DNA of 64,000 nt, from NCBI GenBank assembly GCA_022823865.1, contig JAJEHF010000085.1, positions 631 to 64,630 of the forward strand, in the 5' to 3' direction. Below, piece after piece: positions 16,984 to 25,923 of the stretch; position 1 is the first letter of the stretch, and each line of letters begins with the position of its first letter. A model generated the notes under the pieces. It was not told the origin of the DNA and ran no database searches. It worked only from the letters and a program-made list of their open reading frames with translations. Both the position numbers and the translations under genes were made by a program. Source of the stretch: Bryobacterales bacterium. GTDB taxonomy: Bacteria; Acidobacteriota; Terriglobia; Bryobacterales; UBA6623.

Positions 16984-18462
16984 TCAATCCCCTTGCCTCG
17001 TCCACCACGGCACGTACCGCATCTGCTTGCGGGCCGCTGTTGGATCGTCGGGCACGATCACTCTGTCTCTGACAGCTTCTGCGAGGAGTCGCGACACCCG
17101 GGCACTGTTGCGAGCTTCGATTCCGAACCGCTGGCGAAGCGAAGAGTTTGTCACGTACTCTCGGTTGACGTACTTGAGGCAAGCATGCAGGTAGATGGCC
17201 CGCACGCGTTCCGACCGATCCATGCCAGATAGGGGGCGATGCCCAAACAACACAACGCGCGTGTAGTGGCTCCCCGCCTCCACGCTTGGAGCCGGAAGCT
17301 GGAAGCGTTCGGTCTGTGAAACCACTTTGTCCCAACCGCTTCCGCGCTCCTCACATATGCCGACGCGACGCATCAGCGAAGCAAGGGACTCGTTCCGTGA
17401 CTTCGGCGGTGAGTCAACGAATCGGCGGGCGTCGACAAGGGGTGGGCCGGGATTCGTGATTTCGATGCGGCCCTCGAAGATTTCTACCATTGGGCCCGTA
17501 CCCGTGATGAAGAAATCCTGGTGGATCAAGGCGTTCGCCACGAGCTCTCGGACTGCCGGCTCGGGGAAGCCAGTGACTGTAGTTCTGATCCCGTGCTCAA
17601 TCGTTTCATTGGACGGCAGCAACCCATCGATGAAGCCGATCAGAGACTCAAAGCCGGAAGCGTAGCCCTCTTCGCAGATTCGTTCCCTGAATGTTTCAAC
17701 CCGACTGCTTCCTCGATATTGAACGACTCGCATCGCCTTCCGTTGAAGGCTCCGAAAGTCCTCTAGCCGCTTGGCAAACAGCACCGCTCCGAGGTTCGTC
17801 ACATTCCAGCCGCTCGCATCGCTCCGCCGGATTAGGGCATCGTCGCAGAGGGCGTTCAGGATGCCGTAGCGATTCTCCGGAAGCGGCCGCTTGAGCAAAT
17901 CAAAGTACGTCGGATAGTCGAGTAGTCGGAGCACTTCGTCATCAGCCACTCGCTCGGCCGCAATTCGATCTTCGAAGGGGGTTTGATCGAAAAATCGCCA
18001 CAGTGCCCGCTCTCTCTCAGGGAAGTCCTTGAGTTTCTTCTTGTAGGAGCCCACTCGGATGTACTCCCGTCCGCGGAAGCGCGCGGGCTTGCGAAATGCT
18101 CGCTCGATTTCGAGTACGACCACCGAGTGCCCGTCCATGGGAACTTGGAAGAAACGGAAGTTGAGTCGAGGTTCAAGCAGCCGCAGGAGCCAATTCTCAA
18201 GTGCTTCATTGCCCACCCTTGCGACGCTCGGGTCGAAGCTGGTGCCGACGACCGAATGGTCTCGGTCGGAAATTCCCCACACTACGTAGGCGAACGCCTT
18301 GCCAACTAGGGCCGCGGAGTTTGCGAGGGCTGAAATGTACTCGCCAACTTCCTCCGGCTCGCGGACGTTGACCTTGAACTCGACCCACTCCAATTCCCCT
18401 GTAAGTTTGCAGAGCTCGCGCACAAGGCTGACCAAGTATTCGGCTGGCCGCTCCAGTGTCAT
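16984..18462 (-). CDS. AlbA_2 (Schlafen-like divergent AAA) + HATPase_c_4 + C-terminal wHTH protein (RecG-like putative regulator family)
   Basis: 492 aa. N-terminal ELEWVEFKVN...VGEYISALANSAALVGKAFAYVVWGI (AlbA_2). Mid-region AVRELVANALIHQDF...EITNPG (HATPase_c_4). GGAGGA lies 7 nt upstream of the ATG. Confidence 0.8.
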   Translation of the reverse strand: MTLERPAEYLVSLVRELCKLTGELEWVEFKVNVREPEEVGEYISALANSAALVGKAFAYVVWGISDRDHSVVGTSFDPSVARVGNEALENWLLRLLEPRLNFRFFQVPMDGHSVVVLEIERAFRKPARFRGREYIRVGSYKKKLKDFPERERALWRFFDQTPFEDRIAAERVADDEVLRLLDYPTYFDLLKRPLPENRYGILNALCDDALIRRSDASGWNVTNLGAVLFAKRLEDFRSLQRKAMRVVQYRGSSRVETFRERICEEGYASGFESLIGFIDGLLPSNETIEHGIRTTVTGFPEPAVRELVANALIHQDFFITGTGPMVEIFEGRIEITNPGPPLVDARRFVDSPPKSRNESLASLMRRVGICEERGSGWDKVVSQTERFQLPAPSVEAGSHYTRVVLFGHRPLSGMDRSERVRAIYLHACLKYVNREYVTNSSLRQRFGIEARNSARVSRLLAEAVRDRVIVPDDPTAARKQMRYVPWWTRQGD

Positions 18463-18698
18463 GCGTCATTCCTCCGCGTGACGACGTTAGGGCCTTGGGT
18501 GCTTTCGCCCCTCAGGACGGCAGAGGCGGCTGGTCCGGTGATCGACTCCGGTTCGTCGAGATCTCCCGCCAGTGCGGTCGCGCGCACGTCAAGTTTCCCA
18601 GTCACCACCCCTGGGAAAAAGCGGGTGCCGTGTTCATTCAGCGGATCGATTTTCCGCTTCTCGGATTGGATGCAGCTCCGGATGTCATCGCCAGTCAT
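18459..18698 (-). CDS. Candidate 79-aa ORF bridging vapC and the AlbA_2 gene (unknown function)
   Basis: MTGDDIRSCIQSEKRKIDPLNEHGTRFFPGVV.... The ATG at 18698 lies inside the last codons of vapC, and its TGA overlaps the ATG of the next gene (GCATGACA). GC3 by eye is about 70%. No family recognised. Confidence 0.3.
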   Translation of the reverse strand: MTGDDIRSCIQSEKRKIDPLNEHGTRFFPGVVTGKLDVRATALAGDLDEPESITGPAASAVLRGESTQGPNVVTRRNDA

Positions 18699-19089
18699 CG
18701 ATCTCAAGATCCGGAACACGGCTGAACTCACGAACGTTCCTAGTGACGAGAGTTGCGCCGAGCGCCCTTGCATGAGCAGCAATCAGAAGGTCGTTGTGAC
18801 CTATCGGACGACCTGCGCGCTCCAACTCGGAACGGATCGAACCATAGTGTTCGTCCGTTGGTGCGGACAGCGGAAGTGTGTCGATGGCAGAAAGGACAGC
18901 CTCGACTTGGCTGGAGAGTCTAGCCGATCTACGACGTTCTGCGCCGTAGCGGAGTTCGGCCGCGACGATGATGCTGATCGCCATGGAGCCCGGTTCTAGC
19001 GCAGCCGCTCTCCGCGCGATGTCTCCCGCAGGCCTGCGAATCAATTCGGAGACAATGTTCGTGTCCAACATGTAGCGAAGAGCAGGCAC
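18685..19089 (-). CDS. vapC: VapC PIN-domain toxin
   Basis: YMLDTNIVSELIR...AAELRYG...IGHNDLLIAAHA...LVTRNVREF is the canonical VapC layout with four acidic positions. Confidence 0.88.
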   Translation of the reverse strand: MPALRYMLDTNIVSELIRRPAGDIARRAAALEPGSMAISIIVAAELRYGAERRRSARLSSQVEAVLSAIDTLPLSAPTDEHYGSIRSELERAGRPIGHNDLLIAAHARALGATLVTRNVREFSRVPDLEIDDWR

Positions 19090-19090
19090 G

Positions 19091-19354
19091 TCAGAGGATG
19101 TCCTCGGGCTCGGTGGGAGGATCGGCGATCGCTGGGAAGTCCTCTTCGAGCGGTTCCAACGTCGCTAGGACCTCTGCTAGAGAAGGAGTGCGCTTCACCG
19201 GTTCGACGACGAGACGGTCATCGTCTTGGTGGATGATGACCTCCTCGGCGGCGAGTTCGAATTCGCGTGGGATTCGTAGAGCTTGGTTCCGCCCGTTTCG
19301 AAATAGCCGTGCGCGACGGCCCGGCACAGTTGTCTCAAGTTCTTGCCCCGGCAT
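19091..19354 (-). CDS. vapB: VapB antitoxin (AbrB/SpoVT-like)
   Basis: RLFRNGRNQALRIPREFEL motif. 1-nt gap to vapC. Confidence 0.8.
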   Translation of the reverse strand: MPGQELETTVPGRRARLFRNGRNQALRIPREFELAAEEVIIHQDDDRLVVEPVKRTPSLAEVLATLEPLEEDFPAIADPPTEPEDIL

Positions 19355-19360
19355 ATGCTT

Positions 19361-19390
19361 AGCCTATGTCTCTATCGGTTGAAATGTCAA
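19361..19390 (-). promoter_or_regulatory. Putative sigma70-type promoter of the vapB operon (near-leaderless)
   Basis: On the minus strand: TTGACA (19390-19385), 18-nt spacer, TAGGCT (19366-19361). The vapB ATG begins at 19354 inside the palindrome GCATATGC. Confidence 0.3.
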
Positions 19391-19467
19391 GCTGCGTGCG
19401 AGACGTGAGATGGTTAGCGGTCAAGACGAATTTCGGTGTCTTCCCGGAGTACTCCAAGATAGAATCC

Positions 19468-21147
19468 TCAGTTCTTGGGATGAGCTCCGAACTGCGTGAT
19501 CCTCGCCCCGCCGTAGATCCCCCAGCGGACTTGGTTCTCGCTGGAATCGTAGATATCGATGTCCCAGACGACCTCGGATGGGTCCGTGCCGGTGAACTCG
19601 CGGATGCGCGTGCCTCGGTCCTGGCCGCCGCCCGGTGCGAGAACGTCCTCCCAGTCTAAGGACATGTCCGTCACGACCGCTGCGCTGCCGTAGAAGAGCA
19701 GGACGTTTCCGGTCGTCGGCATCGCGTCGGCCTCTCCCATTGCGAACGTCATCAGCCGGTCAATCGCTGGCCCTTGGGAAGCCCAGACCTGCTTCACCGA
19801 GCGGGCCTCCTCGTTGATTTCGTACTCCACGGCCCGGGTCCACGTCTGCGCCGGACGGAGTGGAGGTGCGAACGGCCGGGCGGAGAAGGTGCGGTTGTCA
19901 AACAGCAGCAACGTCCCCTTCGAAGTGATCTGCGGCATGTGCTGGTGATAGAACCACGACATCTCCCCGTCCGGAGTCAGCAGCTTCGGCTGCAAGTGAA
20001 GCGGCCAGCCACTGTGGTCGCCCAGGATCCATACGATCTCGCCGGTCTTGCGGTCCACCTTGACGACCGCATCCTGCATTCGGAACGAGATCAGGAGCGA
20101 ATCGTCCCTCTCGTCGTGGAAGAATCCGTTGCCGTGAGACCAGTCCCAGGCTCCCGGGAAGCCTCGGTTGATCCAGTAGTTGGTGAAGGTCTCGTACCCG
20201 ATCCGATAGGGGTCGAGATGATCGAGCGCCTTCCAGACCCAGGCGACCTTGCCGTCCCGCGTGAACTCGACGATCACGTCGCCCATTACCCGCTGGCGCT
20301 TCCGTGGGGCATCAGGATCAGTCTCGCTGCTGTACCAGTTGTCGTATTCGCGGATCTCCGTTCCCATCACGATGAGGTTTCCGTTCGAGAGCTCGTCGAT
20401 TTCGTGATGCATCGTCAGCGTCGGAATCGGAATTCCGTCCGCCTCTCCCTGCGGTCGATCGGCGGCGTACCAGTGTCCGACGCGATTGCCGAGAACGTCG
20501 ATTTCGGTCGCTCGGTTGTCAGTGGTCACGAACGCGAAGTTGCCGTTCCTAAGGGGCTCGACATCGCTGATCCTCGCATCTGACTGGTAGTTCCAGACGA
20601 TCTCGCCGTTGTGATCGATGGCCGCCAGCAGGCCGAAAGTGGCTCCCATGCGGCGTCTGCGTTCGCCTTGCAAGCGGGGCAGCACCCGCCTGAGACTCAG
20701 CAGCGTGTAGCCCGGCTCCATCCTGTCCGGCTTGCTGACCATTACCCGCACTGGCGGGATGCGCGTCTTGTCGTCGGGCTTTTCCGGCGTCGTGAACTCC
20801 AGCTGCTTGGGTGATTCTGCGGTCACGCCCTGCGAACTGGTGATTCTGACGCCGATACGGTGTGACTTGCCGTACTTCATGCCCACGACAGGCAGGCCCT
20901 CCGCAGGGTTCCGGTCTGCTGCGTATTCAAGGACCCACTGGCGCTCGCCATCGGACACGGTAATGGTCGTCTGGACTGGTTGAGCGGTTTCGAACGATAC
21001 GATCGCCGCCAGAGGAACTGCGGGATTCGGATTCGGCCGAATTGTCGGCGGTGTCTGGAATGTGGGTTCGCCGCCCAATGTCGGGCAGACGGCTGCAATG
21101 GCGATGGCAAGTGCAGCCCACGAGAGGGCAGAGCTTCGGTTGCGCAT
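19468..21147 (-). CDS. Aryl-sulfate sulfotransferase (ASST) family protein, secreted
   Basis: 559 aa with a signal peptide. HHEIDELSNGNLIV, DWSHGNGFFHDERDDSLLISFR and HQHMPQITSKGTLLLFDN resemble the ASST beta-propeller family. Confidence 0.75.
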   Translation of the reverse strand: MRNRSSALSWAALAIAIAAVCPTLGGEPTFQTPPTIRPNPNPAVPLAAIVSFETAQPVQTTITVSDGERQWVLEYAADRNPAEGLPVVGMKYGKSHRIGVRITSSQGVTAESPKQLEFTTPEKPDDKTRIPPVRVMVSKPDRMEPGYTLLSLRRVLPRLQGERRRRMGATFGLLAAIDHNGEIVWNYQSDARISDVEPLRNGNFAFVTTDNRATEIDVLGNRVGHWYAADRPQGEADGIPIPTLTMHHEIDELSNGNLIVMGTEIREYDNWYSSETDPDAPRKRQRVMGDVIVEFTRDGKVAWVWKALDHLDPYRIGYETFTNYWINRGFPGAWDWSHGNGFFHDERDDSLLISFRMQDAVVKVDRKTGEIVWILGDHSGWPLHLQPKLLTPDGEMSWFYHQHMPQITSKGTLLLFDNRTFSARPFAPPLRPAQTWTRAVEYEINEEARSVKQVWASQGPAIDRLMTFAMGEADAMPTTGNVLLFYGSAAVVTDMSLDWEDVLAPGGGQDRGTRIREFTGTDPSEVVWDIDIYDSSENQVRWGIYGGARITQFGAHPKN

Positions 21148-21221
21148 GGCTGAGCTTGCTTGCAGTGTAAGGAGTCGATCGCACCGACTGCCACTGCGGC
21201 GCGTGCGACAATTACCGGACC

Positions 21222-22610
21222 ATGGCCGGAATCCTGCGGTACGGTTCCTATGTTCCGTACTGCCGCCTGCAACGGGCCCGGCTCGAGGGCGGTGGACGGG
21301 GCGAGCGAGCGATCGCCAATTTCGATGAGGACGCGACCTCGCTAGCAGTCGAAGCGGGGCGCGAGGCGATGCGCGGAAGCGCTCCCGCTCCGGCTACGCT
21401 GTTGTTCGCCTCAACCTCCCACGCCTACGCGGAGAAGCTCAACGCGGCCGGCGTGCATGCGGCGCTCGATTTGCCGCCAGAGGCCCGGCTGGTGGATCTC
21501 GCGTCATCGAGCGGGGCGGGCGTGGCCGCTCTGGGGCTTGCGTCCGCAATCGGCACCGGGGGGCCGTCCTTGGTTTGTTGCGCAGACATGGTCGTCGGCG
21601 CGCCGATGGGAGCCCGCGAGGCGATGGGAGGCGATGCGGCCTGCGCCTTCTTGGTGGGTGACAGCGAAGGGGCGGCGGCGCAAATTCTCGGCAGCGGTTC
21701 CCATGCGGAGGAGTTGCTCGATGTTTGGCGCGGCCCGGAGCAGCAGTTCGCGCGGCAGTGGGAAGAGCGCTTCGCGCAGCAACGCTTGGTGCCGGCACTG
21801 GTGAGCGCGCTCGAGCGCTGCTTGGCAGAGTCCGGCCTTGCGCCTTCCGATCTCAAGCGCGTCGCGGTGGACTCCGGGCATCGCAAGGTCGGGGGCCTGT
21901 TTGCTCGGGCGGCGGGCCTGCGGCCCGATCAACTCGCTGACGACTTGTCCGGCAGTGTGGGACGGGCGGGAGCCGCTCATGCCGGGCTCCTGCTGGCGGG
22001 CCTGCTGGACTCGGCCGAGCCGGGAGACAACTTGGCAGTGCTGAGCGCCTCCGACGGAGCAGGCGCCCTGATCGTGCAAGCCACCGAGCGTATCGGCGAC
22101 CATCGCCCGGCTCACTCGGTCGCTGATTGGATCCAGTCCAAGCGCGCCGACGTTGCGTACGAGACCTATCTCAAGTGGCGCGAAATCCTGCCCTTCGAGC
22201 CGCCTAGGCGTCCCGATCCGCCCCGCCCGGCCGCGCCGCCAATGCGGCGTTCGGAACGCTGGAAGTACGCCTTCGTCGGTTCGCGCTGCCGCTCCTGCGG
22301 AACAGTCAACCTGCCGCCCCAGGTTGTTTGCGTCCAGTGTGGCGCGGTCGATTCGATGGACGACGTACCGTACGCCGATGCGACTGCTCGGGTCGCCACC
22401 TACACGGTCGATCATCTGGCATACTCGCTACAGCCGCCAGTGGTGGCGGCGGTGATCGATTACGACCAGGGCGGTCGGTTCGCCTGCGAACTCGCCGATG
22501 TCGATCCCAAGAAGGTGGAGATTGGCCAGGAGTTGGAGATGACGTTCCGGCGCCTGTACACTGCCGATGGCGTCCGGAACTATTTCTGGAAGGCGCGCCC
22601 GCGGCGTTAG
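21222..22610 (+). CDS. HMG-CoA synthase / KAS-III-like domain fused to a C-terminal DUF35 (Zn-ribbon + OB fold)
   Basis: N-terminal GILRYGSYVPYCRL...FDEDATSLAVEAGREA is like archaeal HMGCS. C-terminal CRSCGTVNLPPQVVCVQCG (C-x2-C-x11-C-x2-C) plus an OB-like segment is DUF35. Confidence 0.75.
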   Translation: MAGILRYGSYVPYCRLQRARLEGGGRGERAIANFDEDATSLAVEAGREAMRGSAPAPATLLFASTSHAYAEKLNAAGVHAALDLPPEARLVDLASSSGAGVAALGLASAIGTGGPSLVCCADMVVGAPMGAREAMGGDAACAFLVGDSEGAAAQILGSGSHAEELLDVWRGPEQQFARQWEERFAQQRLVPALVSALERCLAESGLAPSDLKRVAVDSGHRKVGGLFARAAGLRPDQLADDLSGSVGRAGAAHAGLLLAGLLDSAEPGDNLAVLSASDGAGALIVQATERIGDHRPAHSVADWIQSKRADVAYETYLKWREILPFEPPRRPDPPRPAAPPMRRSERWKYAFVGSRCRSCGTVNLPPQVVCVQCGAVDSMDDVPYADATARVATYTVDHLAYSLQPPVVAAVIDYDQGGRFACELADVDPKKVEIGQELEMTFRRLYTADGVRNYFWKARPRR

Positions 22611-22638
22611 AATCAAGTCCGAAGGAGGTCTGACGCGC

Positions 22639-23820
22639 ATGCCTAGCAACGGAATCCGGGATCGTGTTGCCATCGTGGGGATGGGATGCACGCGCTTCGG
22701 GGAGCATTGGGACCGCGGAGCGAACGAACTGCTGGTGGAAGCGGCGCTCGAGGCCTGCCGCTCCGCGAAGATTGAGCGCGAGGCCATAGACGCCTATTGG
22801 ATGGGCACGCTGACCAGCGGGCGCTCCGGCCTGCTGCTCTCAGAGCCGCTCAAGACCGGCTACAGGCCGATCACGCGCGTGGAGAACTTCTGCGCCACCG
22901 GCAGCGAGGCGATCCGCAACGCCGCCTACGCGGTAGCTTGCGGTGCCTACGACTTGGTCATGGCGATCGGCGTCGAAAAGCTGAAGGACTCAGGCTATTC
23001 AGGCCTCGCCTCGGCGGGAGGCACGCCAACGGATGGCACGCAGTCCTCGATGACCGCGCCGGCCACCTTCTCGCTCTTGGCGCCTGCCTATGCGAAGAAG
23101 TACGGATTGGATCCCGCTACCTTGCGCCGGGTCCTCACTAGGATCGCCTACAAGAATCACGCGAACGGGGCTCGCAATCCCAAGGCGCAGTACCAGCGCG
23201 AAGTGCCTGAGGCGACCATCGAGAACGCGCCGAAAGTAGCGGGCATGCTCGGCGTGTTCGATTGCTCGGGCGTGAGCGACGGAGCATCGGCCGCGATACT
23301 GTGCCGCAGCGAGGATGCCCACAAGTACACCGACAACCCGCTGCTGATCAAGGCGCTGTCGTTCATCGCCGGTCCGGCCGATGGCGCCAAGCGCCAAGAC
23401 TACGACTACACAACGTTCCCCGAGGTCGTGGCGAGCGCGGCAGACGCTTACGCGCAAGCCGGCGTGCGCAACGCCCGCGACGAAATCTCTTTGGCCGAGG
23501 TCCATGACTGCTTCACCCCGACCGAGTTGGTGCTGATGGAGGACCTAGGGTTCTCCACCCGGGGCACGGCCTGGCGGGACACGCTGGACGGCCGGTTCGA
23601 GATCGGCGGCGCCCAGCCGGTCAATCCTGATGGTGGCCTGAAGAGCTTCGGGCATCCGATCGGCGCCAGCGGGCTCCGCATGATGTACGAGATGTGGCTG
23701 CAGTTCCGCGGCGAGGCCGGCCCTAGGCAGGTCGAAGCGCCAAAGCTTGGATTGACGCACAATCTGGGCGGCGCTCCGGGACGCTGTGTCAGCTTCGTTT
23801 CGGTAGTCGGCGCCAACTGA
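22639..23820 (+). CDS. SCP-x / archaeal-type thiolase (acetyl-CoA C-acyltransferase family)
   Basis: Start at ATG 22639 after GAAGGAGG. VAIVGMGCTRFGEHW, catalytic NFCATGSEA, HDCF, GGLKSFGHPIGASG. Confidence 0.88.
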   Translation: MPSNGIRDRVAIVGMGCTRFGEHWDRGANELLVEAALEACRSAKIEREAIDAYWMGTLTSGRSGLLLSEPLKTGYRPITRVENFCATGSEAIRNAAYAVACGAYDLVMAIGVEKLKDSGYSGLASAGGTPTDGTQSSMTAPATFSLLAPAYAKKYGLDPATLRRVLTRIAYKNHANGARNPKAQYQREVPEATIENAPKVAGMLGVFDCSGVSDGASAAILCRSEDAHKYTDNPLLIKALSFIAGPADGAKRQDYDYTTFPEVVASAADAYAQAGVRNARDEISLAEVHDCFTPTELVLMEDLGFSTRGTAWRDTLDGRFEIGGAQPVNPDGGLKSFGHPIGASGLRMMYEMWLQFRGEAGPRQVEAPKLGLTHNLGGAPGRCVSFVSVVGAN

Positions 23821-23894
23821 CGGCGGAGCCCACCGGAAAGTTCGGAAGGCGGTTGTCGGCGGAGGGCAGAGGGCGCATTGACGGGAGCCCATCG

Positions 23895-24848
23895 ATGAGA
23901 CAGCCGGCCGCCAGACTGGTCGACCTCGGTCAGCTTCGCGGCCCGGACCTAGAACCGGTGCTGGAGGCCCAGCGGGCGCATTGGCGCGAGCGGCTGGCTT
24001 GGGACAATCGGGACGCTACCGATGCGATTCGCCGCCTGCTCAATCAGCGGTGCCTGGCTGGCTTGGCGGTGCTGGTCGGCGGCTGCCCGGTCGGCTACAG
24101 CTATTTCATGCTGCAAGGCAGCAAGGCAGTCGTCGGGGAAGTGTTTCTGCTGCCGGCAGAGCGGGCGCCTTACCTTGAGCGGATGCTGCTAGAAATGACC
24201 GTGATCATGGCCTCGCGGGATTCCGGGGTGAAACGCGTCGAAGGCCAGTTGGCAAGCTTGGCTGCGTTTCCAGATGTACAGATCGTGGTCCCAGGCGAGC
24301 TGCAGGTCTATCCGCGGCAGCTGATGATCAGGGAGTCATGCGAGGCGTTGCCCGAGCAGGGCCCGGTCGATCCTCGCATGCGGTTTCTGCCCTGGACGGA
24401 CTCACAGTTGGAGCCCGCTTCAGAATTGATTGCCGAAGCCTATGTCGGGCACGTCGACGCCAACATCACCGAGCAGTATCGCAGCGCGTCCGGCGCGAAG
24501 CAATTCCTGGAGCAGACGATCAACAGGGGCAGTAGCGGGCGGTTCTTGACGTCGGCCGGCTTCGTCGCCCGACAAGCGTCGTCGCCAAGGCTGCGGGGAA
24601 TCTGCTTGGGAAGCATGGTAGGCGCTCGCGTCGGGCACATCACCCAGATTTGCGTGGCTCCCGCGTGGCACGGCTTTGGCATTGGTTCGGAGCTGCTGCG
24701 GCGCGCCGTGGACGGCTTCCGGCGCGCCGGATGCAATGCCGTGAGCCTGACTGTGACGGCGTCCAACGAGCGAGCCGTCCAACTCTATGAGCGCACCGGG
24801 TTCAGGACCTTGGCGTCCTTTCCCGCGTTTGTCTGGAATCGTGCTTGA
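23895..24848 (+). CDS. GNAT-family N-acetyltransferase (two-lobed, about 318 aa)
   Basis: C-terminal ICVAPAWHGFGIGSELLRRAV...AVSLTVTASNERAVQLYERTGF is the acetyl-CoA binding motif A. The N-terminal half looks like a degenerate second GNAT lobe. Confidence 0.7.
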   Translation: MRQPAARLVDLGQLRGPDLEPVLEAQRAHWRERLAWDNRDATDAIRRLLNQRCLAGLAVLVGGCPVGYSYFMLQGSKAVVGEVFLLPAERAPYLERMLLEMTVIMASRDSGVKRVEGQLASLAAFPDVQIVVPGELQVYPRQLMIRESCEALPEQGPVDPRMRFLPWTDSQLEPASELIAEAYVGHVDANITEQYRSASGAKQFLEQTINRGSSGRFLTSAGFVARQASSPRLRGICLGSMVGARVGHITQICVAPAWHGFGIGSELLRRAVDGFRRAGCNAVSLTVTASNERAVQLYERTGFRTLASFPAFVWNRA

Positions 24849-24898
24849 TCGGGTGCCCAGCTGGGCTTGGCGTTGATGAGAGAACGGGGGGATTGATT

Positions 24899-25912
24899 GT
24901 GAGAATCGGTGTGATTGGCCTAGGGTTCATGGGCAGCACGCATTTGGAGGCCTACCGCGAAGTGCACGGCTTCGAGCTGGCGGCCGTCTCGAGCTCGAGC
25001 GACCGAAAGCTCTCCGGCGACCTCGGCGATGTCGGAGGCAATCTGGACCGCGGAGGCGGGCAGGTCGACTTCGGCTCGGCCGCCCGCTACAAGCGAGCCG
25101 AGGATCTGATTGACGATGTCCGCGTGGAGGCGGTGGACATCTGCACGCCCACGGATCTGCACAAGCCACTGGCCCTGAGGGCGCTCGCCGCGGGCAAGCA
25201 CGTGCTGGTGGAAAAGCCCATGGCGCTGACCGAGGCTGATTGCGCCGAGATGATCGAGGCCGCCGCGGCGGCCGGCCGGGTGCTGATGGTCGCTCAAGTC
25301 CTGCGGTTTTTCCCCTCCTACGTGGCCGCTAGGGAGAAGGTTCTTTCGGGAGAACTTGGCAGAGTCCGCGCCGCTTCGTTCCGCCGGCGCTGCGCAGCGC
25401 CGGCGGGGGGCAAGTGGCTGAAGGATCGCGCACGGAGCGGGGGAGGGGTCTTCGACTTGTTGATCCACGACTTCGACTACTGCCGACACCTGTTCGGCAA
25501 GCCCGAAGCAGTCAGCGCGAGCGGCCCGGAGGATCTGGAGCTGGGCATCGACGTGGTCGAGGCGCGCCTGGACTATGGCGATGGTGTGCCGGTGATGATC
25601 GCGGGCGGGTGGCATCACCCGGAGAGCTTCCCGTTCTCGATGGAATTCACGATCGTGTGTGACCGCGGGACGCTCGATTACAGCTCTGACAAGCCGGGAC
25701 TGTCCTTGCACGGCTCCGACGGAAGGATGGTCGAGGTCGAACTGCCCGAGAAGGATGGTTTCGTTGGCGAGCTCCAGAGCTTCGTGGATAGCTGCCAAGA
25801 GGGCATTCCGCCGGCGGACTGTCTGCCTGAAGAGTCAGCGGAGTCAGTCGCCATGGCCTTGGCGATGGGACGCTCGCGGGCCGGCGGGGGCGCTAGGGTA
25901 GCTCTGTCTTGA
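24899..25912 (+). CDS. Gfo/Idh/MocA-family NAD(P)-dependent oxidoreductase
   Basis: GTG start at 24899 gives VRIGVIGLGFMGSTH (Rossmann). EKPMALT motif. Confidence 0.85.
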   Translation: MRIGVIGLGFMGSTHLEAYREVHGFELAAVSSSSDRKLSGDLGDVGGNLDRGGGQVDFGSAARYKRAEDLIDDVRVEAVDICTPTDLHKPLALRALAAGKHVLVEKPMALTEADCAEMIEAAAAAGRVLMVAQVLRFFPSYVAAREKVLSGELGRVRAASFRRRCAAPAGGKWLKDRARSGGGVFDLLIHDFDYCRHLFGKPEAVSASGPEDLELGIDVVEARLDYGDGVPVMIAGGWHHPESFPFSMEFTIVCDRGTLDYSSDKPGLSLHGSDGRMVEVELPEKDGFVGELQSFVDSCQEGIPPADCLPEESAESVAMALAMGRSRAGGGARVALS

Positions 25913-25923
25913 TGGGTGCGAAC

